Below are positions 49,104 to 63,553 of a DNA stretch of 64,000 nucleotides, piece after piece. Origin of the DNA: Lingula anatina (taxonomy: Eukaryota; Animalia; Brachiopoda); the NCBI GenBank assembly GCA_051362555.1, contig CM120648.1:17356587-17420586 (forward strand), given 5' to 3'. The notes under the pieces are model-generated. The model had not been told where the DNA came from. It saw only the letters and a list, made by a program, of their open reading frames with translations, and did not search any database. Each line of letters begins with the position of its first letter. Position 1 is the first letter of the stretch. Made by a program: the position numbers and the translations under genes.

Positions 49104-49222
49104 CCTCTACCAGGGCGACAGATTGATTTTCCACAAGATATTCAAAGATATGTCTTTAGATATTCATTTGATTCTCTGGCCTTTTGAAAATTTTCCTATA
49201 ATATCTGCCACCCTGGTAGAGG
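49104..49222. mobile_element. Small MITE-like inverted-repeat element, copy 1
   Basis: CCTCTACCAGGGCGACAGAT ... ATCTGCCACCCTGGTAGAGG. Confidence 0.6.
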
Positions 49223-49576
49223 GCACAAGTACTTCACCCCCCCTTTCCCTCTCTCTCTCTCTCGTCAGTTGTCCGTTACCAAGGCAGCAAGCCTTTTTTA
49301 CACACATTCCCAAATAACAGCAGTTCCCAGGCGTGTCATTTTAAATCTTCACTCAACCTTTGTATCAGAATCACGAGTTTACATTGTCCCTCATCAGCTT
49401 TCAGAAGGAAGGACAAATATGATATGACTCATTTCACGTGATTGACACTCATACACATACAATGATATGATCATAATTTGGCGGGAAAAGGTACGTGAGG
49501 CATAATAGAACGTCCTTGCAGTCAGGCAATTAGAAAACATTCACAAAGCAAAATGACGCACGGTCCTCTTTTCTAT

Positions 49577-49775
49577 CCTCTACCAGGGCCGCACATTGAT
49601 TTTTCACTAGATATTTACTAGATAGGTGAAATTGACAGTAATTCTCTGCCCTGTGATTGTGCCACAGGAATATATAATATAATATAATATAATATAATAT
49701 AATATAATATAATATAATATAATATAATATAATATAATATAATATAATATAATATAATATGCAGCCTTGGTAGAG
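49577..49775. mobile_element. Small MITE-like element, copy 2, containing an (AATAT)n expansion
   Basis: CCTCTACCAGGGCCGCACATTGATTTT ... GCAGCCTTGGTAGAG; (AATAT)n at about 49672-49760. Confidence 0.55.
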
Positions 49776-50436
49776 AGTACCTCTTTTCAATCAAATATAT
49801 AGTTGTGATTAAATCCTAAAAGTATAATGTTAAAACAACTTTTCCTCCTTGACGTCTTTGTGATTAGATTTCTTAGTGCTAATGTGGGAAAAATCAACAC
49901 GTTTTCTTTTTAGAAGAAAAAAACTATCAGATAGTAGCACCAAATCAATGGCATAGAATGAACACATTGTGTGTAACGATATCAAAAGATATGTTGTAAT
50001 CTTGTGTATTTCTATCTCGTCATGTGAGGATGATTTATTGACAACCATTACTGTAAACAGGACCATCGTACAGAAAGGTCACCGAAATAAGGGGCTTATT
50101 ACAGTGAACATTTATGTCATGTTGTGATTGATATATTGAAAATATCATTAATTGAATTAAAACAGATTTTAATGAAAAACACGTGGGTTATATCACAAAA
50201 AGAAAGTTAGAAAATCAGAATACCAAGTCCCATGAATCCCGCCTGCCATACAAATTAGCTAGGATGTGGGGTGCAGTGCACTTAGGTCGACAATAAACTG
50301 CAGTGCATGTGGACAATTTTACTATTATATGAAGGACCCAGAGATAGTCGAATACTTATTACTTATTACTTAGTTGCACCTCAATATTTACTCATTATAT
50401 TGCACTTTGCTTTCAGAAGGGCTTAATCCTGAAACT

Positions 50437-50474
<38 letters not shown>
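50437..50474. repeat. Poly-G run
   Basis: Read directly from the sequence. Confidence 0.9.
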
Positions 50475-50475
<1 letters not shown>

Positions 50476-52407
50476 GCGTCAGGTGCTTGTTACTCCCATC
50501 TGCCGCTAATTTCGTGATATTAGTGTAAACCTTTATACTCATAATCATTAGAAATACAACCAATTGTGATATTAGGCGATTGAATTAAGCTTACTTTAAA
50601 ATGCTATTAAGGACCCCCCCTCCCCCAAGCAAGATTGAGAGAAGGGAAGGTCAAGTTCACAAGGTTACAGGAGGTGCACGTTAACATATGTTTCACACCG
50701 CGTCCTTTAATAAGAGACGTTCTCGTGACGGGCGGTTTCTTTTCCTTTTCAACATAAAAAAATAAACATCATTACATGCGTTATAGATGCGCGTGTTTGA
50801 CAGCGGTAATTCTTTCTCAAGAAATAAAATTGACAGGGGGCAGCCATAAGTCAGTATCAATTTAGTATAATTTTGATATCATTTATGGATCATTCAAAGT
50901 GATTATAGTATCACTAGTATCGCTTATGCTTCAATATAATGTACTTCGGGTGTTAAATTTCTTGTAAAAAATGTCACCCTTTACCTTTATTTCTCAGCGT
51001 GTGGTTATCTGTCCAGAAAACATGGTGTTAGAGTGGTATTGTTGACAATGAGACACAACTGTTTATAAAAGAAAAAAAGACGGACAGAGACGGAGAAAGA
51101 AAAAGCACAGGATCACAGGCAAACTAATGACGATGATCAATTTTCTATACGTCTCAGTTGCAAACGGAATATAAGGATATCAGAAAGAAGAAGAAATATA
51201 AAGGAAAATTATGGGAACAGTCTTAAGTTTCTATTCCTTTGAGTGCAAAAATTCATCTGTCGATTTAATAACACAATTCTCTTGTGTTCCTTGGAAAGGG
51301 GTGTCTTTTTTGTGTTTTTATGCTGTGTTTTTCGACCGATATGTTAAATATACATATATTTTAAATATACTTTGTTAAATTTTCCTCCGTCCTCTTCATC
51401 AACCTGCTATATTTTTGTAGTAAGTTGTTTTAAAAGCGTATAGGCTTAATTACAAGATGAGATTGCAAGATTAACATTTTTGAACAATGAAAGTATTTCT
51501 ATGTTTGTTATATTTTCTACTCGTGTAGCGATACATCTTATCCAAAAATTCTGTTTTATTAAAAAAAATCTTTTGATATGTGTTTGATTTACCCTAGAAA
51601 ATATCAACGATATTCGTGCAACTCTGTGCTAAAATTCGGCTGAAGATCATATTTCTCGGTATTGGCTATTACAACTGTTATAACCTTCCATTTCTATCGC
51701 TGTTTTGTGTTATAGGTCGTCACCATATCTTCACAGGTACGCTATTTATTAAACCCGTTACGTCAACAAACCGTGAGTAATGTCCGCAGGTTGAAGAGAC
51801 GTGCAGGATAAACATTCTAAACTGCCATCATTATGCTGCTCATTTTTCATGTCCATCTTTCTTTTTTTCTCTGTAAAATTTTATCACGGCGTCGTGTTTC
51901 GCTGTACTCAGTTTTTATTTGGACCATTTTTCACTTTAACTGCTGCTCGGTTGGAGACCGCTTTGAAGTGGTCGGAGGCTCGCGGTGAGTTCGCCCGTGC
52001 CGTCGCGACCGTCCAGCGTTCCTCGAACAATTAAAGGTGTCACTTTCAGCGTCTCTTTTCAATGCGGCAACACACTTTTTCAATTTCTCCATTGATACCA
52101 TTTATTAACTTTTAAATGCCGGCTTTATTGGCGATAAATTAGAGGCGAAATGACTAGGCGGGACGGGGAAGTCCATGTTTTCTCATACAAGTTGTCATTT
52201 AGGAGACGGTCAGTTTGACAACCACCGGGCAAGGAATGGACACTGTCAATGGGGCAGAGTAATTTGAGCGTTCGACATAACGCTGTCTTCTAAGACTTCT
52301 GAATCGTTTCACAGAACTGCAGCGGTGTTTCTCTTCAACTTTTTCCGGATCGGAAGCAAGCAGTTGCAGTTGCAGAAATAAAGATTTAATTGGATGCGAT
52401 ATGACCG

Positions 52408-52439
<32 letters not shown>

Positions 52440-55145
52440 TATGTTCATTCGACACTGTCATGGATGTGAATTTAATAAACTACAACTACGTATCTTGTTT
52501 TGGAGAAAGAAAATGGCAACTTCATAGGATCTTTCCATCTGTAAGATTTAGAGTAGGGGATGTTTAGTTTTATTACAGATAAACAAACACTCGGTTTGAG
52601 TTATTATTCTAAAACATTATCAAGTATGGTTAACTCATGGACTAAATAATTTTGTCCATGGTTAACTGAAAATGGAAATAGCTATGATAATTATTTTGTC
52701 CTTTATTCCCAAACAGACATATAAAAATACTCTCATAAAAATTAAATCGTAATAATTTCAACTAGCACAAAGTGAATTTGGCCTAACCAATATAACTGAT
52801 TTAACCAAGCTACAGAAACAAGTAAAAGGCCAGTTATTATGTGATTTGCCACGGGTCTACGTTGGTTGACTTATACCACTTGAAAACAGACTAAGCTACT
52901 CATTTTATCTTGCATTATAGAATGCGACAGAGGATAAAGTTATAAAACAGCATATACATGTACCCACATAACATTTATGTAGCTATAATGTTAACAAAAC
53001 CCAGCTAAGGAATGTGGTGTCATATGACATCGGAACAGATGTTTCAATTAATAAAAATATAAACCGACCAAGTATTAGGGAGATCGTATGTCATAATTGT
53101 GACCCGAGTTTACTTATGTTATGAAAACGGCAGAATAGTTTGGCCGGGGGTGAGGCAGATATGATGGCGGCAAACTCTCCTAGTTCAGCATTAAACAAGA
53201 ACAAGGTACCTAGGCAAAGAAACGAAATCCATCGAAGTGAGAGCTCAACTAACTTTTACGATAATCGACCCCCCTTTATTTTCGCGCGACGCTAATTGCA
53301 TATAATTTAAAGAATAATAGATTAAGCCACTTGGTACTACCTTTAATGAAAGAAACCGTTGGTTGTAAGTCATAGAATTGGCGAAAGTTCCTCTTCAGGA
53401 TTTCTCTTTCATCTTAGCTCCGTGTTCGCCCGGTTGAAATCTTATCCCCACAAGAGGGACGTTGACAATGATCCCTGATGCATTTCCCTGGCTCAAATTT
53501 CGCAGTTTTGTTGACAGTTTTGCACGGATTTTCACTTACACGCGGGCAGCTTTTTAGCTTCAGCAAGTTTCATTTATCCAAGATTTTAGGAAGCAAAACC
53601 CACACGAAGGGACACTTCCGAAGAATAACATGATAGTTAGGGAGCGATGTCGACTTTTTTAGTGGCAAAGTGGCGGCTGAGTTTATAAAAATATTCTTTG
53701 GAAATATAGAAATATTCTTTTGGTACCCTGTCACAACATAGCGCTGCAGAGCTAAAATGTTTATGTTTTAAAACAAAGCTTTTGGTCAATATTTATGTTT
53801 ATGTTTGGTTTCCTTTGTACTGAAAATTTCTTTGAAAGGATCGGTTGGACTGTAAGAATCATTTCAATACAGCGTCCTTAAGGAATGTGGGGCCTTTTGC
53901 CCGTGGCATCCACGTGTTGAAAAGAGAGCGTCCTTAAGCAGAAATGAGCGTCGCCCGTGTGCAATTAAGGTGACGAAGCTCTTACCTCCCCGTGACACAA
54001 ATAGTCTTACCGACAGAAATTGACACCATGAAAGCCGATCACATTCTTCATTTATCGTCACTTATCCGGCTTATCCGCAAAAACGCACGCACTTTGTGTC
54101 TCTTTGGTGTTGAATTGCGCCGATTTATACTTAAAGTTCGTGATCATGAGTCGCTTTAATAGAATGATTAGAAAAATGACACCAAATGATCAAACATTTA
54201 TGAAATTGAGGCGGTCTGTTTGCAGAAGTCTGTGCTTCGCCCGCCCTTCGAGTTTTGTGTGGCTGTGATAATAAACTTTCGGATAATTGTCCTTATGATT
54301 GCTAGATGTTAATGCCCAAAGGGTGGGAAAGAATTTATGGCCGAGCTTACATCTAGAACCAGAGATCACATTGGGAGAATTCATGTAATGCGATGTGCCG
54401 TTTAAAACTATTGCATTTGTCTTCTTATTTCTGTACCTCCATTCATAACTCTTCCGATTCAAACACAGGTGGTTAACTGATACAATAGACACGCTACGTG
54501 TATCAAAAATTAATTGCAATCTACGCAGTCAAACCGGTGTCAAGTTCATGTTGATGGGTTCACAAATGATATTTTTTTGCTTTGAAAGCATTCTGGGAGA
54601 GGTGAGGACGTGCTTCAAGGAGAAGATGAGAGGACAAGTTCACCAGTATGACAGGTAAATTGCCACTTCTTCACCTGTGGCATTCTGACACTTATGAGCA
54701 GAGGCAATCCGCGCTCAGGTCAGTTTGTACGAAAAAGTAAAAAAAGAAAAAAAACTTAATGCTGTGACTTAATGAATCACACGGTTGATAACCATCTACT
54801 TCATCTAAGATCTTCTCCATGTCAGTAATTTATTTTATTTTCATATCTCTTTATCTAAAGACTATTGTACAATAATTGCAAACCCCTAAAACATCGGGCT
54901 GCGACAGCAAAGAGAACGAACGTTTACCCACCCCACCCACTTACGGTGGGGTATTAACAATATTTGATAACAAAATTATACATCAGTGGTTATTAACTTT
55001 AACATCACGGCCTTTTCTTTTTGCTACATATTTGTGAGAGTGTGCCACAATCTGTTCTCCACGTGGACACAGCACAATGCTTCGGGGTCTTCATGTAGGG
55101 AATACATGTACCAATATTACAAACCAAAGGCATATGCAAAAAAAA

Positions 55146-55181
<36 letters not shown>

Positions 55182-55500
55182 ATTACATTTACTCGTTTCA
55201 CAGCAAACAAATCACATTTAGTCCACACTTTGCTTTCTTGCGACATGCTTACTTGGTATTATTTTGTTTAAATGAATCATAACTTTACTTATTTTCCATC
55301 TATGGCAAGCACTTTAACTTGTACGAGTTCTAAAGGGTTTTCTCGAAATTGATGGAGGCGTGCCATGACAAAGCTGTCTCCAGTGCCACTTAATTCACAT
55401 ACGAGACACGTGGCATTCAGCTGAAATAGTTTGAGAGAAGTAGTGGCTCTTTACATTTACGCTACGTAGACCTGCCAAATACCCACACGAGAGAGTATGT

Positions 55501-55541
55501 GAGAGAGAGAGAGAGAGAGAGAGAGGGAGTGAGGGAGGAAG

Positions 55542-55577
<36 letters not shown>

Positions 55578-55710
55578 GAGGGAGTGAGGGAGGAAGGAGA
55601 GAGAGAGAGAGAGAGGGAGAGAGAGAGAGAGGGAGTGAGGGAGGAAGGAGAGAGAGAGAGGGGGAGGGAGGGAAGGACAGAGAGAGGGAGGGTGGGTGGG
55701 AGAGAGAGAA
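55501..55710. repeat. (GA)n-rich polypurine tract with three GAGGGAGTGAGGGAGGAAGGA units
   Basis: Read directly from the sequence. Confidence 0.9.
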
Positions 55711-56080
55711 CATCGTGATATTCGGATACTCGTCTTGATCAGTCGAGGCAGAGGGGAGAGGGGGTGTGGGTGTGTTGGAATAAGGCTAGAGGTTGGGGTT
55801 AGAATAAGGTTTTTTTGGGGGGCGGGGGGTAGGGGGGATGAGATAAGCAACTTTAGGATCATATTGTTTAATCACCTGCTTTTTTATATTCTACTTAACA
55901 CCAAGAGGGGGCGTGTGAATCTGTTCAACTGTTTGGGAGTCAGCAAGAGTCCCTGCACAGTTGAGTAGAACCACGTAAACCGAAGGTGGCAGTGGGGATG
56001 TGGCCCAAATCTTCAGCCCTGGTAGAAGGTACCAAACTTCAAAGTAAACACACCATTGGTCTTATGCCGTGAGTCAGTTA

Positions 56081-56255
56081 GGCTCCATTCAGAATAGGGG
56101 ACATACTAGTCCGAGGGTCAAATATAGCGACCCACTACAAAGCTTGCCGTCTAATACGCTAATAGACACTGAATAGATATCCCGTGGGGAAGTATTCAAG
56201 TGGGTCGGCCATATTTGACCCTCGGACTAGTTAGTCCACTATTCTGAATGGGTCC
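56081..56255. mobile_element. 175-bp PIF/Harbinger-type MITE
   Basis: TTA duplication on both sides; ~55-bp imperfect TIR GG(CT/AC)CCATTCAGAATAG..ACTAGTCCGAGGGTCAAATAT..CGACCCACT. Confidence 0.85.
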
Positions 56256-57355
56256 TTACACTCCAGGGTTGACCGCTACAGCCAGACCCTGGACGGACAT
56301 CGGTCAGAATAGAAATACCTTGATATGATCAGGGTGTCATATGCTCCTCACCTGTATTTTATTGCGTTTTAATATCCCACTTAAACGGATAAATGACCAG
56401 CGGGCAGTAACCGGCCGCTCTGGACCATAACTTGGACTGGGTTCCCATGCCTAGATCGATCTAACAGGATCGATCCATCTCCACGGGACCCCTCGATAAA
56501 TTGCTTTCAGCCCAAGCGGCTTAGACATCTGGAACGCCCACTTAAGCTGCTAAATGATAGTTAATCCCTAACAGCTTCAGTGGGCGTGAGAGACAAATAA
56601 GCAGCTTAAGTTGATTGCAATTTAGCGAGTATCCCTCAGAAGATAGATCGATCCACAGTCAGTTGGATAGGCTCTGAGTATAGTCCCTTTGACTAAACGC
56701 AGCGTCGTCATTTGTTAAGACGTTGTTTCAAATCTGTCCAAGAGTTGCGGGGGGTCAGTTTACTGTGTTTTTGAACCGGGTTGTGTCCACTGCGCCGGGG
56801 ATAATGGAACCAGGCGGTGGAGAACCAAGGTCTTTGTTAGACGGACGAAGAAGATGGATGGAGACGCAGTTCATCACTGAGTCAATCGGGCAAAACGCGT
56901 ATAGTGTTCCTGCCTGGCTGGGTATATAGACTTGTGGTTTCAAATTCATAAAAAAAAGAAAAAAAAACTTTGCATTTTTGTCAATTGTTGTTTATGTGTG
57001 CGCATTTTTTTAATATTGTGCAAACGTAAACATACTTTTTAATAATAATAATAATAATAAACAAACAAAAAAATAAATAAATTGAACAACCAAATTCATT
57101 TCTATTTGATAATTTGCAACTGAACCAGAAAAACCCTCTGCTTAACCTTACGTGATGCGCCATCTCCATCAATGATCCATATCCGACTTGAAAAAGGCGT
57201 TACTGTTGTTTTAAAATTCCACAGAAATGAACACAGCTCGATAAATATGGGTAAATATACACTGAAAAGATTCTCTCTGTGTCCTTGGTAGAGAATGATA
57301 TTAGAACAACAATATCAGTTATGAGAAAATACTCCCTTTGGCCCTCCCACAAAAA

Positions 57356-57390
<35 letters not shown>

Positions 57391-60300
57391 ATTCAACGTT
57401 CCAAGACCTCAGAAATGTTAGTCTAATATTTTGTCTACCATTGCTGATGCCAATAATCAAGAGAGGATTGCAATAACACCGTCTGTAAGATAAGAATTTG
57501 TTATATGTCATATTTTTTGTTCTATAAATTATAGAACAAGAGATGTGTACTACAACCATTACATTCAACTTATAGTTACAAGATAGATATAAATATTACT
57601 ATGTTTAATGGAGAGATTACATAGTAAAACTCAGATGCATGATTTGAATTCAATTTCCAATCGATGTCTTCCTAAAAATTGAATCTGGCAGGAAAATGTT
57701 ACATTGCTCTTGTGGCATATTTCCGCTAGAAATGATTGCAGTATACATGACGTGTTGGATACGGTACATTACTTCACCCTCTTCTTAAAGTTCACAAAGT
57801 ACACAGGTGGTCACCAAACACTCCTTTCACCCCAACCTGTGACATTAACACCTTCCAAATCCACCATTGTCGGCGTTCATTCTACACGACATGCGCTTGT
57901 TTCTATCAGTATCTTTCAACGTTGACCTTTTAAAGAGGCGCGCAGAAAGGGGTGCTTTGAGCGTAATGGTGGCGTTTTGTCTCTGGGCAGAGTTGAGCTC
58001 CAAGTCCAAGGCACACGATGCGCGACTAATCCGAGCCTCTTTTGTCGTTCTTGTCCCCCTGTTCTTATAAAGCCATGGCCGAGTGGTGAGTTATCCATGC
58101 GATAAACAACTCACAATAAGCGCGCTTTAAAAAACCAACGCAGAGAAGAAAAGAATACGAAAAGAAATTGGAGCTGTTTTCTGATAAAACATGGGCAAAT
58201 AATGAACTGTCCATGGATAAAACAAACAAACAAACAGTATCCACGGTAGAGAAATGCAGTTAGGTATAAAGTTGTTTTTAAAACGAACTCAAAGAGCAGT
58301 TTTCAGCTTTAGAAGGAAGACAAACCTTTAAAAAGAAGACAGATGTGACAGGAAAAAAAATGACTTTGAAAATCGACGTGGGTGGCTGATCATTTTCCGC
58401 GTGAAGAAATAAAGCAAATTGACTAATAAAAACACCGTGTCTCCAAAGTTTTCAATGGTTTCTTGCGGCTGGATAGGTATCTCATAGCCACCTCCTTGGT
58501 ACTTTATAAAAAGCATTTGATTGATGTTCGCCGCGTCTCTGTACGGGGGCTGTCTGGTTCACACGAGCGACGCTTTGAAGAGCGTAGCGTGGAGAGTTGA
58601 CCGACCCCCTGCAACGTTGATCGTCTTGCAGGTCAGTTGAAATTATAAGATATACCACTACCTAGATTATCTGCCGGCTTATTTTGCAATTTTGTATTAA
58701 AACGGTTTGATTGATGAGAAAAAGTTCTATTTTTTTCGGAGACAATTTTCATTTTTTTTTTTTTTTTTGCGGAGGGATGATTGCATGACAGGTCTTTTTA
58801 TTCCGATCTGAAATGATATGCAGAGTTTGAGGGAGAGAGAGGGGTCTCTCTCTCTCTCTCTCGAAAGAGAGGAGAAAATTTCGTACAGTCAAACAAAGAT
58901 TGGTTTATGCCATCACGCTTGCTGTGGTATTAAAGAATACATACATGTATAAAATTTCACAATAAACGGAAATGGATCGTTTTTATTTTGTTTCACGGCT
59001 TTTGTGCTTTTGCATTCATAATATTAGCGCCTAGTTGGCTCCTAGTATTGAGACAGTAAATAAATCCACATACAAAAATGACGCACAAAATTTATACTTC
59101 AAAATGCGTTTTGATATAAATTCTCCGGTGAATGTCCAAAGTAGCCTAATTGTAGGAACTCTTTACTCTCTTCTGCAAAATGTTTTTCTAGTAATGATTA
59201 AAATCTGAATATCTCCTCGTTATGCGACAATGACAAATGTCACGATATTTTGGACGGGAAAGTTCGCGTAGGTGAAAAAAATATGCCAGTTTTATTAAGA
59301 GTAACCTCACCCCCCACTGTTTATTAAGAAAATACTTTACACCAAACTAAATTACCTTAATTGAAACGCCACACGATGCCAAAAGTAAGAAAAGATTTGT
59401 GGATGTACTTATTAATGGTATAACCGACGCTTAACATTTAAAATGTGATTTCGGCGTTGTCCCAGTTTTGTAACTAATTGAAAACAGCATGTTTTAACTA
59501 CTTTGCTACCGCACCTTTTCAGAGTTTTGGAATCTCAGGGTTTTGTCACTGATATTCTATAGAGTTGAATGATTGTGTACCGCCTCACTGGGCTAACACC
59601 TATTATTTCTGCGATAGAGAGAGAGAGAGAGAGAGATGCCACCACTGTTTGCCGAAAGTTTGATGGTATTTTTCATTTGGCTTTGACTCTTTAACATTTT
59701 ATAACTTTTACTATTTATTGCATTAATTTATTCTTTCAAGGCATTTGAATGTATTTGGTATTATATCATCCATCATATATCTATGGTTACAAAATATTTT
59801 CTCGAGCAAGCCACCCTGAGTGATAAACTATACAAATAAAGCGAGGGGAGTGGTGCTTTAAATCCTGCCCTTGGGCGAAATGTAACAAAGCTAATAATTT
59901 TATCATTCAAAGGAATTAAAGGCGGTCCGAAACATAAAATGTGTGACAAAAAACAGTTTCGTAACACCTTTTCTTTCTGACATTCTGATTATACGTTCCC
60001 TCGGGCGCTTTATAACAAGGCTAATAGATATAGCAATTAAAGTAGATACAGCAATTATAGTAGAGAACACACAGAGAGAGCAAAGGCCGCAAAGAGAAAA
60101 AATGTAAGTAAAATATAATTTAAACAAAAATTAAAAATGAAATTAGACCCGGATTCAGTTGAAACTGTTATCCGTGCTTAACCTCCAAAATCCAAGAAAA
60201 CCCTTTTAAGGTGCTTTGTTCATCAAAAGCATACGAAACAATTCATCGCACTACTATAACTCAGATAACAAAAGGGTCCAAGAAAGCCTAATGAGATACA

Positions 60301-60565
60301 TTTTGAAAAAAATAGACTATTTTCAGAGTGTTAAAGTACTTGACCACTTATTGGGGAACGCCCACCCAGAGAGCTCTGGCCCGTTCATTTGGTTAGCTCA
60401 AAACGTCTACAAATATCAGTAGGTTGAGAATTTAGTGAAATACACAATTTTGGGCGTTCTATTACTTGACAGGAATCTAAGTCGTCAATTAAGATGTGAA
60501 TAAAAATAGGAGCTATATTATTAAAAATAACGCATTTTAGATATGCTGTTATTAATTTAAAAATA

Positions 60566-60868
60566 AAATACATTTCACGCCTTGCTTGGACTAAAGAGAT
60601 TCTCGTTTTTACATAATAAGTAATTTATAATAACAATTATAACGTTATCATTATAAGTGTCGTTACGATTTTATAAATGTTTAACAGGTACAAGAACTCC
60701 AAAAATGTCGCGCAGAGTCAAATACATTTCACGCCTTGCTTGGACTAAAGAGATTCTCGTTTTTTTCATAATAAGTAATTTATAATAACAATTATAACGT
60801 TATCATTATAAGTGTCGTTACGATTTTATAAATGTTTAACAGGTATAAGAACTCCAAAAATGTCGCGC
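60566..60868. repeat. Tandem duplication of a ~150-bp segment
   Basis: 60566-60713 and 60720-60868 are nearly identical (AAATACATTTCACGCCTTGC...AAAATGTCGCGC). Confidence 0.92.
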
Positions 60869-62825
60869 GGAACCAACACCAGCGCTGATAGTTATTTACT
60901 CTATTATATCGGCAGTCATAGATATTACCTGCATATGTCGTCAACTCCTACATCACACGCCGTAATTACACCCGGCGTAACTTTACCTGCTGTTATGGGG
61001 AGCCAGGTATTTGCACTTGGTGACAGTTGCACTCATTCTACCCCCCCCCCCATCTCTCTCTCTCTCAGCCTCCCCCCTCCCCCAAGCGCACTTTGAACCG
61101 AGTGCAGACAACAGATAGCTTTTGATACACAGAAACCCTTCAGGTGGATTTTTAAAACTTTGGACTATGTATTTAACAAAAATGATTTTTATTTTTGCCC
61201 TTGAAATCCTTTTTATCTTCATGACGTTGAACGCTATATTAAAACAATCTTCCTCGTGGCTTTATAATTTATAAATTTTAATCAAATGACAAGTGACTTT
61301 CATCTGTGGCAAAATTTGATAATAATACGCACATTTTTGCTTATGCCAATCTTAACGGAAACGATTTTTAAAGGGTGTCGTCTGTCTTTACCGTCTGTTT
61401 GCAATTGTTTTCCTTTATTCGTTGTTCCAATAAAGTATTTTTCTTCATATACTCTTGACAATAAAATATATATTTCCGTTGTATTGTGGCACTGACTGAA
61501 AAAATGCTATAATGCACGTGTAGTATTAACTTAATTAATTTAAATCTCGAGAACTGTACTTTATTCAATATTAAAATAACTACGATTGACGTAAAACAAA
61601 AATAGATGATTTTATTTCACATAACGGTTAACTTTTATTTGTTCATGATTATGAATATTATTTTTTGATTTGATAATAACGGTCAATTTCAATTCACATA
61701 TGTAGTAAAACTGTCAAAACTTAAGAATCTGTACGATCAAAATTAATTCAATAGCTACAGGTACAACTCTGTTCTTAGACGGTTCATATTTCATAGATTG
61801 ATGAAAAACTTGTCGTAAAATAATGCTCATTTTACACATTTTAAATTTTACTTAATTATCAAATACTTTTTGTCCATAACAGATTATTAGAACATTATAA
61901 TAATGATAATAATAAAAGACACAAGTAGTTTCTATAAACATCTAAACTCAGAGTTAAAACCATTCCAATGTTTCGCTTTTGTTTGAAGGAACAATAATTG
62001 TTCCTGACACATTTTTAGAAATTCTATCCACTTTTGTCCTAGATATTAGCAATAAGTTGTAACTTCTTGATATTAGATACCTATGTCATTTGTCTTTAAC
62101 GAAGAAGGCTTACCACCACAAATAACAGAGATAATATAACTGAGGAATCATAGAGTCATCAAGTGCACTTTTATTGCACTGAGATGACTTAAATAATAAA
62201 ACTGGTCATTCTAATCAGCGTTAAATCCAACACTACATTTAGCCGAAACCAAAACGACACATATTTTCTCATATTTCCTGCTTACCCCACACCTGTTACC
62301 TCACGCCATTTAGATTAACTCGTGAGCAAAGATCATTAATCTTGTCACCTATCAGAAGACACAAAAACAATTTGTGATCTCCCCCTGAAGAGAAGTATGG
62401 CCGTAAATGACCATTGCGTAAGAACGTGTTTCAACGTTTAGTGGCATTCATCGCTTTGAGCGGTACCATTATAAACACGAAGAGAAAACTTATTTCGAGC
62501 GCAGTGCTACAAATGTGCCGGTCCCTTTTCTTTTGTCTAAGATGTGTTCGCGGTGCATTAATTTCCAACTTAGGTTGTGTAACTCATAACTTTTACGTAA
62601 CGAGCAAACAGCCGTGAATCATTTATCTTCTTTAAATTTCTATGTGTACAAAACGATGTCGTTGGTGAAACACGTTAATTATTTAATGTTCTATGTGTAT
62701 AGATTGGTCCTGGCGTTACTTTTTTACGCGCGTTTGGGTAGGGAGCGCGTGTGGAATTTAGAACCCACACCCGTTCTGCTCCTCGGGGATATGAAGTGCA
62801 TATTTTCAACATTTCTACCATACTC

Positions 62826-63014
62826 CAGGTGTGGATCCAAGATTATTTAAAGGGGGGGGGGGGGGGTCCGGAACGACAGGCCTCAGATCCAAACATACCA
62901 TTTCCCCCTTGGTGTGGGGCTCGGGGCCTGCTCAAGGGCCCCGAAATATTTTTGGACCCTCTCAAAATATTTTCGATCTCCCTTACCCCCCCCCCCCCTC
63001 TAAATCCGCCACTG
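62826..63014 (+). mobile_element. Short hAT-like MITE with a 5-bp duplication
   Basis: TACTC|CAGGTGTGGATCCAAGATT...AAATCCGCCACTG|TACTC; related copy at 24215-24329. Confidence 0.6.
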
Positions 63015-63505
63015 TACTCTGGAAAACACTTTTAAACTGAAATGTATTGGCAAACCGTAACAAGAAACGACACTAAACCTTGAAAGGAGGATTAATTTAT
63101 TTTTCTGGAAAGTGGGCCTATTTTATCCTTCATTTCACCCATCTTGACAAATGCCACAGAGCGGGAATCAGTTTTTGATTCAGAACCCTTTCCTCGCCAA
63201 AAAGGTGCTTCCTTCGAGCCGGCGACTCCCTCCCCCTCCCCCCCCCCTCCCCTCAAACTCTGTCCACGAGCATGAGCTGAATTTAACGATGAAACATGAA
63301 AATTTTGAAGTATTGTTTAGCAAGTTCAAGTTTAAACTACAACGCAAGTTGCGACTTTAGCATGCACTACCCAGAGTGAATTCTACACTTGGCTAGAGGA
63401 AAACCCTCCACACTCTACTGAACAGGAGAACATAAAGAAATGTTGTGCGTTACAGAAATACTACCACTTCCTCATCGACCATGGATCGAGAGTGAACCAA
63501 TTTTA

Positions 63506-63553
<48 letters not shown>

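Noticed and set aside
55395-55968. SL/RE-rich ORFs of up to 155 aa
   Set aside because: These are translations of the GA-rich simple repeat.
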